Below are positions 52,071 to 64,000 of a stretch of 64,000 nt of DNA, piece after piece; the first letter of the stretch is position 1; each line of letters starts with the position of its first letter. The stretch comes from Octopus sinensis (taxonomy: Eukaryota). The position numbers and the translations under genes are program-made. The stretch lies in contig NC_042997.1 of assembly GCF_006345805.1 (NCBI RefSeq), forward strand, positions 67,332,001 through 67,396,000, written 5' to 3'. The notes beneath the pieces were generated by a model. The model was not told where the DNA came from, made no database searches, and saw only the letters and a program-made list of their open reading frames with translations.

Positions 52071-53526
52071 CGGAGCGAGGGAGAGAGAGGAGAGAGAGAG
52101 ACGAGCGAGGGAGAGAGGAGAGAGAGAGAGACGGAGCGAGGGAGAGAGAGAGAGAGAGAGAGACGGAGCGAGGGAGAGAGAGAGAGACAGAGGGACGGAG
52201 CGAGGGAGAGAGAGAGAGACGGAGCGAGGGAGAGAGAGACGGAGCGAGGGAGAGAGAGAGAGACGGAGCGAGGGAGAGAGAGACGGAGCGAGGGAGAGAG
52301 AGAGAGAGAGACGGAGCGAGGGAGAGAGAGAGAGAGAGACGGAGCGAGGGAGAGAGAGAGAGAGAGACGGAGCGAGGGAGAGAGAGAGACGGAGCGAGGA
52401 AGAGAGAGAGACGGAGCGAGGAAGAGAGAGAGACGGGCGGACGCAGAGGGAGAGACGGGCGGACGCAGAGGGAGAGACGGGCGGACGCAGAGGGAGAGAC
52501 GGGCGGACGCAGAGGGAGAGACGGGCGGACGCAGCGGGAGAGACGGGCGGACGCAGCGGGAGAGACGGGCGGATGCAGAGGGAGAGAGTGAGACGGGCAG
52601 ATGCAGAGGGAGAGAGTGAGACGGGCGGACGCAGAGGGAGAGAGTGAGACGGGCGGACGCAGAGGGAGAGAGTGAGACGGGCGGACGCAGAGAGTGAGAC
52701 GGGCGGACGCAGAGAGAGAGACGGGCGGACGCAGAGAGAGAGACGGGCGGACGCAGAGAGAGAGACGGGCGGACGCAGAGAGAGAGACGGGCGGACGCAG
52801 AGAGAGAGACGGGCGGACGCAGAGAGAGAGACGGGCGGACGCAGAGAGAGAGACGGCGGACGCAGAGAGAGAGACGGGCGGACGCAGAGAGAGAGACGGC
52901 GGACGCAGAGAGAGAGACGGGCGGACGCAGAGAGAGAGACGGGCGGACGCAGAGAGAGAGACGGGCGGACGCAGAGAGAGAGAGACGGGCGGACGCAGAG
53001 AGAGAGACGGGCGGACGCAGAGAGAGAGACGGGCGGACGCAGAGAGAGAGACGGGCGGACGCAGAGAGAGAGACGGGCGGACGCAGAGAGAGAGACGGGC
53101 GGACGCAGAGAGAGAGACGGGCGGACGCAGTGAGAGAGACGGGCGGACGCAGTGAGAGAGAGTGAGACGGGCGGACGCGGAGTGAGTGAGACAGACGGAT
53201 GCAGAGAGGGAGAGAGAGGCGGGTGGGCAGACGCAGAGACAGATGGGCTCAGAGAGAGAAAGACGGACGCAGAGAGAGAAAGACGGACGCAGAGAGAGAG
53301 AGAGACAGATGGAGACAGACGGACAGACGCAGAGAGAGAGACAGACAGACGGACAGATGCAGGGAGAGAGAGAGACAGACGGACAGACGCAGAGAGAGAG
53401 AGAGAGACAGACGGAGACAGACAGACAGACAGACAGGAGCAGAGAGAGAGAGAGAGAGACAAACTTACGCAGAGAGACGGTCAGACTGACGCAGAGAGAC
53501 GGTCAGACTGATGCAGAGAGACAGAG
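51809..53526. repeat. 1.7-kb purine-rich complex satellite built on (GA)n with CG-containing cores
   Basis: GACGGAGCGAGG+(GA)n units (51827-52430), then ~22-nt GACGGGCGGACGCAGAG(G/A)GAGA units (52432-53170), then degenerate GACA/GACG units. Confidence 0.97.
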
Positions 53527-56099
53527 GTTGTCCCATGCTGCTAAGAACATTATAGGGTAAATTGTATAGTTTTCCAATATCTCAAATTTACAAGTTTTCT
53601 GCCTATTTAAGAAAGTATTTCTGTCATATTAAAAAAGTATTAAATTATATATCTCTCCTTAATGACTCTTGTAAAAAGAACTGTTCATACAGTCCAGATC
53701 CTCCCCACAGTCAACTTCAAATTTCTTGATATATACTTCCCCTTCCGCTGCTAAAAATATGGAGGCATGAAGGATACACTTACAATGTTTCCCTACCTAT
53801 TTTTGCTCATATATGGAAATAGCATTTATGGCAATTGGAGATGGATCACCACCATACCACACCCAGTTTGGTAAGCAAAGACCCACTAGGTTATCCTACA
53901 TTGATGGGATAAAAGCTGAATACCACAAGCCACATCAGAAGATAACCATATAAATAGCAGGAACTTCATATAACTAGTAAAGGATCTTTAGTCCTTTCAT
54001 ACAGTTTAATTTACATAGGGTCAGTAGCCAAAAATACACCAAATGCATAAAATACACCAAGTAATGGGAGATAAGAACATTCAGCTGTAGAAACCATACT
54101 GAAAATGGAACATACAAGAGATACTGACTCCACATGTGCAAGAATGCAGTTACATCAAATAAGACTGGACACAGAATAGAAGGGATTCCACAGTCCTCTT
54201 GCATGGCACAAACACTAGTGCTGATAATAGGATGTCCTCTCATAAGACACCCAATCTAGTACTGGTGGTATGCACTGAAATCTGTCCAACTCTTGTCAGC
54301 ATAGAAAACAGATGTAAATGACATCAGTAAAGTATTATTGCTAAATGGAAACTAAATGGGAGAAAGTATCAAATTCACTGACTAAATATTCTATTCTGTG
54401 CATAACTTGGATATGAAACCTTCAACACCTAGAATCTAAGTATAATAGGATTGATTTTGATAGACAATTTTTTTCATATTGGCAGCCCTGTCTTAAGTGA
54501 TGCCCAATTATCTCAGTTTCATCATATTTCCTTAGTCTTAATTCTTTTTGAAGATACATCAGCTCTGGATATATTCATCCATTAAATTGAAGTCATTTTC
54601 AATCCAGCATGCATCAACCATTTACACAATGTGTGTACATCATTGAAGCTATTTCTACTTCATCTAATATTTCATGTCCACCCTCTTTTTTTCAATACAG
54701 TCATAATGTCAAATGCAACAGATTATGCTCCCATCCAACTGCTGAAATATTCTGTAGGATAGTGAAACATATTTCTTATGCATTTCATATACAGATATCC
54801 CCTGCTTCACCATTCTAAAAGGCATTGCATTCCTGAAAGGTTTTGTAACATGAGAGTCCACAGAAAATAGGTTTTGCATTATGGAATTTATATTATGGCA
54901 AGATTTTCAGGAACATAATGTTCCATAACACAGAGGATGCTTGTAGTGATAAACTTAACATACCACTCATTTTCATACAATAACCACCTGGTTGGTACTT
55001 GGGTGCTTTTAAGGGAGTTTATTCCATTACAATCAAACTCAGTTATTTCCCAACCCAAATTTTTCCAGTGGTCATTATCTGCAGATGCTTAGGTTGAAAA
55101 TTAGCTATAGTTTTACCAACTTGGGAAGACTGTTAAGATGACTAACATCTTATAATAAGAGGGGGATGAGATTTCTATTTTCAAAAATAAATAACTCAGG
55201 AAAAAATGTGTGAAAGCAAGAATCCAGGAGAATAATAAAAGTAAATCAAAGACAGATGAGCTCCTCAAGAGCCAACTGCACTCATACTGAGTGGGGATGG
55301 GTGCAGAATTAACAAACAATAAAACATTCAATTCTATACTGGGCTAGTCAGGAACAGAACATTGGAATACTGTATTTTCAGGCATATAAGCTGTATCAAC
55401 CAATTTTGGCAAGCCTAATCCGTGACGAAAAATGTAGCTAGATCCAAATATCCTAGTTGAATGTTTCACACATTCTCGTGCATAGAAATCATGAAAATTT
55501 TTATGCCCCTTGCTCAGAAATTATAGCAGTCTAGATCACAATACTCACCATAACACTATGAAATATCATCACTGACCTCCACCATCACCAGTATTGTCCA
55601 TTATTAATAACACTGACCAAGAATACCCAAAGCTGGTCCTTCAGCACAAAGTGCAGGGTGAATTTTGGGGAGCATTTTTTGGAAAAAAGTATGCCTTAAT
55701 TGCCAGAAAATATAGTACATTAAAATCCTTAAGACTGAAAGGAGTGGAAAACTTTAAAAAAATTAAGGTACCCCCAAAGACAGAATTACAATGGGAACAA
55801 CTAGGCTTGACAAGAGTATCAATTCAATTAAATCAATTTTATTTAAAAATATATTTTTGTCATAGATAAGAGTGAAGTGAATAAAATTAAATAGTTAAAA
55901 GATCTGTTGATTAGGACTGACATGTGACTAAACAAGCAGCAGATAGCCGTCTCCACACAAACAAAAGCCAATCTTAATACTTCTGATGTTGACTGAGACA
56001 ACAGTTGTAATATCAATAGATCTCAGGAAATAGTCTACTCAAACCTTGGCTAGATTCCAGTATGGTTTTATGGACGCAAATAACACTATATCAACTGAT

Positions 56100-56132
<33 letters not shown>

Positions 56133-59100
56133 TTTTTTAACACAGATACAATTATTTATATAAAAGTACATACACATGTACATACAAATGTCAGTAGAAC
56201 ATGAAATTGAACATAATGTTCATAAGAAAATTCAATGAAATGCACTAATGGAAACCAACAACAACAAAGCATGAAAATACAATTCTGCAATATGGATTAA
56301 TAATTCCGCTGTTTCTCTCATTTTCTCTTCCCCACCCATCATTTATAATCATTAGACTATTCTAGTACTTCAAATACAGAATATATTGCAGGCAGAGGAA
56401 ATTAAATGTGTTCATCTTGGAGATCAAAAGGTAACTATGAGCTTTGATAAAGACAGTTCAGACAATCCATGTCCAGGAAACAGATACTACTGACTGTCAC
56501 AATTTGGTTTCAAGTAATATGGAGACTTCTGTTACTACATAAAAAGAATTGTTGCTTTGATGCAATAACCTAGAAGTGAGATTCCAAATATCAAAGTCCA
56601 AGATATAAAGATAAAACATACCAATAACCAATAAATGAACAATATTTTTTTTTTTCACTTTTCCATTGTTTTCTCTCTCTCTCTCTCTCTCTCTCAACAT
56701 TTGATTTTCACACCAATGCAAATGTGGTTAGTTTTACACAAGTATGCCCTTCCTGCTAGTGAGTGACACATTTAACTGTTAGTCTGGTATGTAGTGGACA
56801 TGTTGAATAAGATGAAGCTTATTCACAAAATATTAAAACAGGACTGAAAAGTGGTATCATGTACACTGGAGTAAATATTGTTACTCCAGTAACAGTGAGA
56901 AATTTATTAAGAGGGAAGAGTGTAGGACAAATGAACCCACAAGTACACTAAGTTGATAGAATTTGTTAGAGGCAGTTCTGTTAATGCATGCTGCTATAGG
57001 ACAATCTGATAAACTTCTGATCAAAATGGTAAGATACAGATGGAAATCATAAACTGGCAACATTGTTTTGTTGTCAAAGCTCTTAAAAACGCAGAGGACC
57101 ACCAGTGTACACCATATGACAGCATGGATCTAACAGATTTGATTATGAAAACCATACTGATGGTAACTAAGCAAGGGAAAGAGAGTGAAGGGGTTAAAGA
57201 AAGCAGTTGTTTAAGATTGTTTCTATCACCATCAATAGGAGAATGGAAGCAATAAACCAGCAGGAGTGGTAAAGCTTCCTTATTTCAATTTTTGTGATGA
57301 GTGGAGAATCTAACATTTTAGGTTCTTTATCTGAGTGGGAATAAAAGAGATGTACAGGTTGATATAGAGAGACAGAAAACAGATAGGGGAGGGAGAGTAT
57401 GAAAAGGTTTAAAGGAGAATGAAGGGGAAAAGAGTTAAAATTTGATTCAGAAAGGAACAACACTTCAAGCTAAGCAGGCAGAGAGAGAAGGAATAAGATT
57501 CAAGAGATTAAGAGCCAATAGGGTCAAGTGATGAGGATAAACTGGAAAATGTATCAAGTTTACCACTCTAGTAGGCTATAAAAGAATCTGAACTCAGAAT
57601 ACAAATAGCTGGAATATATACCACAAAGCAAGTTGATTGATGTTTTAATGGTTATGCCAGTCCATTGCTCTAGACTGCTTCTTATCTTTCTAGGATCAAT
57701 AAATAAAGTACCAGAGTTGAACTAAGTGGAAACTGAACTTGGAACACGAAATGCTGGATAAAATACTGCATGACATTTCATCTGAAGCTCTAATACGTCA
57801 ACCAATTCCACAGACATTCTTGCCAAGAATACAGTGCAAGTGAATAGAAAAACTATATTCATAGAACTACACATTCTTATGTGACTGTGTGTAAGGTGGA
57901 TAAGGTTATTGAATTTGTAACTGCAGAGTTTATATTCTGAAGTTGATGCCTGAGAAAGATATTTGGATTTGCCTTCTTTGTAGCCAAACTAATACCAAGT
58001 GTATTGTTTTGTAATTTTTATAATGGATTAGGGCACAAACCTGGAGTTAAACAATGTTGGAACATAACACAAAACAAGGAGTTTCAGTGACTTCAGTCCC
58101 AATCTGAGCATTTTATATAAGTAAAAATACAGAAGCTGACAGAGTAAATCTTTCAAAACAATAAGTTATTCCATAAGAAGTGAATTGACTGAGTCATTAG
58201 AATATTAAACAAAATATTTTGAGGTATTTACTCCAATTTATCTGTACTCTGAGTTCAATTCCCACTGAGGTTAGCTTTACCTTTCATGTTACCAGGGCAG
58301 TTGATAAAGTACTGGTCTTAGGTGGTAGACTGGCAGAGCCATTCAAGTATCAAATTAGAGGTCTTATAGTATTTGGCATGGTACTTCTTTTTGAGTTCAA
58401 ATCTCACTGTGGACTACTTCGTTTAATACCACTACCTATTTGCTGGGTACCTTTAGTAGAGGTTACTCTGTTGCAAGCAATCAAGCCAGGTCTCTGGTTT
58501 GAGAATACCTCCCTTCCCCATTTCTGCCAGTCTCAAAAGGGCCTATAAAGAGTTATGGGCAATGCCCACCCCTACTGACTAAAGAAAAAACAAAATCAGG
58601 TGTGTATTAATTTTCTTCAGTTAAAATCACAGAACCAAATATTTTTCTTCAGATGAAGAAGAGAAGATATGCATGATTATCACTTACTCAAACTACATAT
58701 CTGCACACATATTACACCATTCATATGTCACATCCATTGACCATATTATCAAGTTTCATTGGAACTACTGGAATGGAACTAAGAAAACACACAGTCCTTG
58801 TGTTTGCTGCATTCCAGTGTGCTTGAGTGACATAAAGCAACTACTTCACATTGTGGTAGCTAGAACCAGATGGAGAGGGCATCTCATCCACTCTTACAAG
58901 TATATAAAAAATGGAATACTACACCAACATATCCATGTACACACACACACACACACACACACGGTGAGATGTTACTATCTTCAATCTTACTTATTAAAAA
59001 GATCTTCACAAAGACAGTGCAACACACTAGTTATAGTAAAATATCAAATGAATGAATAAAAATAAACAGCTAAAGTGGCTCTCAGTCTTTGATTTCATAG

Positions 59101-59897
59101 TGCACTGATGATTAAAAAAAAAAATTATTGGAACACTTCACATAAATCTTAATTCTGTTAAAAATTAGAAAAAATAGAGAATTATTGGTTACCTTGTTTT
59201 ATCTATCAGATCAGTGTATAACAAATCTATGAATAACATTTTTCAAGATGTTCAAATATTAGTATTTTCTAAAGACTTAAATTCTTGAAGAAAAGAAAAA
59301 TACACACACACAATGTACCTAAATATTCCATGCAGTACTCCAGTGCACTGCAACAAACTATTTGGGAATCACTGGGCTTAATCATGTTTGAAAATGAAAC
59401 AACAAAAAAGATAAGTTACTTGAGAATTAACAATGACATAAGTATCCCACTCAAAACCAACCTTTCAAATTTGCACAACAGACAAGGTTGATCGTTATAC
59501 AGATACTCGTTTTTACATAGACATTTCTGAATCATGCCTAGTGCAAAATATATTTGTAAATTTTATTAAAGAAAAAGGCAATTTTAAATTTCATAAATCA
59601 TTTTACTGTGTTTTTTTTCTGGCACCGGCATGAACTGGACCGGCCTATAATACAATATCCATCAAAGTGTTTCTAACTTAAACCATTGAAGCTTTCTTTA
59701 ATCTAATCAATCTCTGCCCCACTTCCACGATTTTTGTTCTATAGGAAATCTGGTTATCATCCATCATCCCAACACTTTCCCACATTTATCTATTTACATT
59801 TAATATCCTGCTACTTTTGTAAAACATGTTTTTTCTCACATATAATGCTATGACTAATCTCATTCCATAAAATCTTTTTCATTGCATCAAAACATAA

Positions 59898-60163
59898 CTT
59901 ATTTACTTGTCTCACTCATTAGACTTCAGTGATGCTGGGGCACCCTCTTGAAGAATTTTGAACTTATTGAGCCCTGGTTATCAAGTGAGGTGGGAACAGA
60001 TACACACACATACAAAACTGGCTTCTTTTGGTTTCTATCTACCAAATCCACTCACAAGGCTTTGGTCAGCCCAAGGTTATAGTAGAAGACATTTGCCCAA
60101 GGTGGCACAAAGTGGGATTGAACCCAGAATCATGTAGATGGGAAGCAAACTTACCACACAGCC
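59898..60163 (-). mobile_element. SINE family A copy (internally shortened)
   Basis: TCTACCAAATCCACTCACAAGGCTTTGGTCAGCCC...TTGCCCAAGGTG...GGGATTGAACC...CTTACCACACAGCC is the reverse complement of the 41317 head. Confidence 0.82.
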
Positions 60164-61330
60164 TTACAAATCTTTATAATCTAAACGGTGTTAAAAACAT
60201 GGCAAAGAAAATAGAAAATTATCTATTTAAGTCAAATCATTTTTAGTATAAAATAAAAAAACTTTAAAAAAGGGAACAATATGCTATTTATGAGGTACTC
60301 ATCTATTAAAGTAACTGTTTATATCTCATCAGATCAGTGTTGTATCCTTGGCATAAGTACCTAACTTTTAGCTGGATCACTCCATCAAGAAGTAAACAGG
60401 AACCATAGAGATATATGTACTAAAAGTACTGGATAAATTAAGAGTTTTGCAATGAACAAAACTTAAAACTATTTATCCCACCAGTGATAGGATGTCTCAT
60501 GTGCTCAATGCCAAAAATGTCTGTGATAAGTCCAACATACCACAACACTTAATAATTAGATACAAAAATATTCCTACACAAACATTTTTACCAACACAGA
60601 AGAGTGGTGCAAGCACAACATGCCCAGGTTGCAACTAATAAAGTTAACTGCTGTATGTTAGAATGTGCAGTATGGTCTTTAAATAGAACTATATATGGAT
60701 TTGTTGATTATACCAAGTCATTTGGCTGACTACCTAAATGCCATAGTCCTGCTTTATCAGAGCTGACCTAGGGTTGAATAACAGAGTCCCACCAAAAACA
60801 CTAAAAGAAAACCAAAATGAATCCCTGTAAAACATTGTTTAAATAACAAAATAAATTATAAAGCACATGAGAAAACAATTTATTGTATCAACAATTCCTG
60901 CAGAGAAGGCTCTCATGAAATACATTGGCATCAACAACTAACAATTCTTAAACAGTTCTGTATTAATAGTTTCCATAAACCACAAGCAAAAAAAGAAAAG
61001 AACAATACTATACAAAAAAAGCAAGAAATGAAAGAAGCAACAAGCTAGAAAGAGCAGCCAAATTTCCCTCAAATAACACCCTGCCATCATAAAAATGGAA
61101 AAACAATTCAAGTATGCTATGTCCAAGGGAATCGTGTATCTAAGCTGGAATGCATTTGTTCATAGGTTTGCTCAGTCAGGCCATGTGGAGTTAAACAAAA
61201 GCAATATTTCTACTCAATTTCAAAATACTACCTAAGCAAGAATTAGTTTCAGATTAGAATAAAAAATTAAAAAATCACATATCTGAACCAAATGAACATC
61301 AATAACTTCCTAAATGTCTATGTTGGTCTA

Positions 61331-62570
61331 TGAGGTATTATCAGAAAGTTCGGGACTAGTTATGTTTAATAAAAAAAACAAATTTTTTACTTAAGCTTTA
61401 ACATCTCTTTTGAAAATAGTCACCCTGCACAGCAATACACTGATCCCAGCATTTCTGTCACTTTTGGAATCTGGCCTGAAAATCCTTCTCTGTGACTTGA
61501 GGACCTGCAATTCACTCTGGGATCTTGACAATGGTGTTACAATGGTGACCTTTGGGCTGCATTTTCGTCTCTGGGAAGAGATGGAAGTCAGCAGGTGCTA
61601 ACTCTGGCAAATAGGGTGGGTGTAGAAGTGATACCATGTTTTGCAAGGAGAGCTTGGTGACAGGGTGCACTGTCACAAGGAATCCAATTCTTCACGTACC
61701 ACAGATCCAATCACTTTTGCTGAATGTCCTCCCTCAAACACTTCAAAACGTCACAGTAGAACTCTCAATAGACAGTCTAGCTCTGGGGGGTGAATTCTTG
61801 ATGCACAACACCGGGGATATCGAAAAAAACAATGAGCATGCTCTTGATTGAGCTGTGGATCTGTCTCACCTTCATCAGTCATGGAGATGAAGGACTCTTC
61901 CATTGTGACAACTGTTGCTTCATCTCAGTGTCATACCTGTAGACCCAACTCATCACCAGTGATGATCCTCAACATCAAGGATGTATCAGTGGCATGCTGA
62001 TGGAGATCTTGACAGATTTGGACACGAAATTCTTCCTGCTCAGAGGTCAGCAGGAGGGGGAGGGCAAACTTGGCAAAGGCACACCACAAGTTCAATTCAG
62101 ATATTAGGATCGCATGCACAGGCCCATACAACAGACCAACAATATCAATGTCACTGATTGTCTTCCAATGATCCTCACGCACAAACTGATAAATTTTCTC
62201 CACATTTCCTGGGGTGACGTTCACTACAGGTCTTCCAGATTGCTCATCATCTTCCAGGGATGTTCTTCTGCTTTTGAAGCACCTGTACCACTTGAAACAA
62301 TGCATACGACCCACTGCCTCATCACCATAAGCTTGCCAAAGCATGCTCAATGTCTAAACATCCCAAGTTTAACACAAAATTTCACATTGGCCGTTTCAAC
62401 TTCCTGTCCAATACAAAAATCACATACATGTGATCTTAAAAACACAAATTTCACAACTTGCAAAGTAAACACAATGATGTCACTTGGCACACTGCCTCTT
62501 GAAGGTCACTGAGCATGCAACTGTGTACTGCCATTTATTGGTGTACTACAGTGAGGTTTGTCACAGTAGA
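61331..62570 (-). mobile_element. Mariner (Tc1/mariner) transposon with a disrupted transposase
   Basis: TA|TGAGGTATTATCAGAAAGTTCGGGACT terminus. QAYG..WYRCFKSRRTSLEDDEQSGRP (HTH region), IITGDE (first catalytic Asp), PYLPELAPADFHLFP (YSPDLAP-like). The other TIR was not found. Confidence 0.9.
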
Positions 62571-62862
62571 TTCATCTAAATAATACAATGCAGATATAGA
62601 AAATCAGATAAGAAGATCATGGACAAAAACCAAGTTATTACTAATTAGTACTTGAAACCTCCACAGTCTAAACAGTAGGAACTGTGTGTTCATAAACACA
62701 GTCAATACCTTATAATCAGTGAAATCAATTTTATACACTGAGAGCTCACGTAAACTGACGTTGAATAACCTGCTTAAACTCGTCACATGTACTTGACATG
62801 ATTATTGTTACTGTAAGCTATGCTGGACTAATCAGAGACACTGGAGAAAGCAAGTTAATATT

Positions 62863-63072
62863 GATTTCAAATTTTGGCACAAAGCCAGCAAGTTTGGGGC
62901 AAGAGGAATAGTCGATTAGACTGATCTGAGTAATCAACAAGTACTTATCAATCCTGAAAGGACAAAAGACAAAGCTGACATTGGCAGAATTTGAACTGTG
63001 GGTGTAAAGACAAACACAACGTCGTTAAGCATTTTGCCTGGCATACTAACCTTTCTGCCAGCTCACTACCTT
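62863..63072 (-). mobile_element. SINE family B copy with a perfect 16-bp TSD
   Basis: AAAGCAAGTTAATATT at 62847-62862 and 63073-63088; B-box-like GTTCAAATTCTGCC on the - strand. Confidence 0.88.
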
Positions 63073-64000
63073 AAAGCAAGTTAATATTACCATTTCATAA
63101 TAATTCAACAGGTCTAAAAGCATCTTGATCCTTCCATCATCTATCATGCACAGCAATAAAGAAAATGAGCTGTAGCTCAGCATTTTTTTTTTGTTTGTTT
63201 GTTTTCAAGGGAGACGACATGGGTATTCGTTCCTGAGTGCTTTTCCTAACTCCAAAGACTGGACGTTTTCTTATGCCAGTGGGATGACAAAAATTTTCAG
63301 TAGTATAACCAAAGAGTCCTTTCTGCCCTGTATAAGTTTTTCTCAAAGTCACTGCTCTCCTTAATAGGTGGTGGTTGCCTGTATTTTCCTTTGCAGAGCC
63401 CAAATTTCCATTTGTTACCTTGCTTTAACAAGGCCTTTATAGCCATATATCTTTTCTATCATGAATCACTTTACATCTATCATCATCAGTGTGAACTGGA
63501 TGCATTTTATCAAGTCGCCCCCATAAAATAATGAAACTGAAGTTGAAGTGAAAAATGCCATTAAGCATTAAAAAGGAAAAATCATACGAGATTTGTATCA
63601 CAAATACCATAATGTATGAGAGTAAAAACATGTGATGACTAGGAAGGAATATACCTGAGCACAACCAGACACTGAATATAAAAATTCAATTCAGAACAAG
63701 TAGGTTAAGAAAATGATCAAGCATAAATATATTAATCTATGTAGGTAAGAGGAACAATATTTAAACCTACAGAAGTTTGTAGTCAAAGCTAAGAGATAGA
63801 CTCTTGGTTAGCTAAGTTTGTGACTTAGTTTGAAATCTTGTTTAGAGACATTGGACCTCATTTTTAACTCAGAATTGATTAACTTACAGGCTGATTTTCC
63901 CATCACCTACTATAATGAAGATACTCAACATAGGACAACGAAATCTTTTCAATTTGTTAGCTGGAACATGGAGAGTAAATGCAAAAAAAAATGTGAAATC

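Noticed and set aside
51770-53560. ORFs of 273 and 553 aa and others; array superficially CRISPR-like
   Set aside because: Low-complexity satellite translations. There are no unique spacers and no cas genes, and the context is eukaryotic.
56392-56430. Possible 39-nt + strand micro-exon (TTGCAG...AAG|GTAACT)
   Set aside because: Weak pyrimidine tract and donor, no partner exons, no recognisable peptide.
63137-63403. - strand ORF, possibly a retroelement relic
   Set aside because: No diagnostic motif could be identified by eye.

Overview
AT-rich, repeat-dense animal genomic DNA, probably from a coleoid cephalopod (Octopus-like; inferred from recalled SINE and RTE-tail families, not from a search). 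One host gene is supported. Fifteen GT-AG coding exons on the minus strand (44889 down to 1172) splice into one stop-free frame of 1841 nt (613 codons + 2 nt) encoding the BRO1 and V (ALIX_LYPXL_bnd) domains of PTPN23/HD-PTP. The first coding exon (>44889) and the 3' exons (<1172) were not found in the window. The introns hold a near-full-length RTE-clade LINE (7078-10645, -), an endonuclease-less RTE (32136-34291, +), two Helitron RepHel remnants, a mariner, a Tigger derivative, two tRNA-like SINE families, TTAA-flanked MITEs, a Penelope-like fragment and large simple or complex repeats. Most notable: (1) a C4HC3 PHD-type finger inserted inside the reverse transcriptase of both RTEs; (2) an inverted full-length SINE pair bracketing a 384-nt, phase-0, stop-free three-exon block (circRNA, exon-skipping or ADAR candidate); (3) a 1.7-kb purine-rich satellite with ordered unit turnover; (4) two degenerate hammerhead-like motifs. 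No prokaryote-type system (CRISPR, operon) is present. All coordinates and translations were done by hand; repeat boundaries are approximate.
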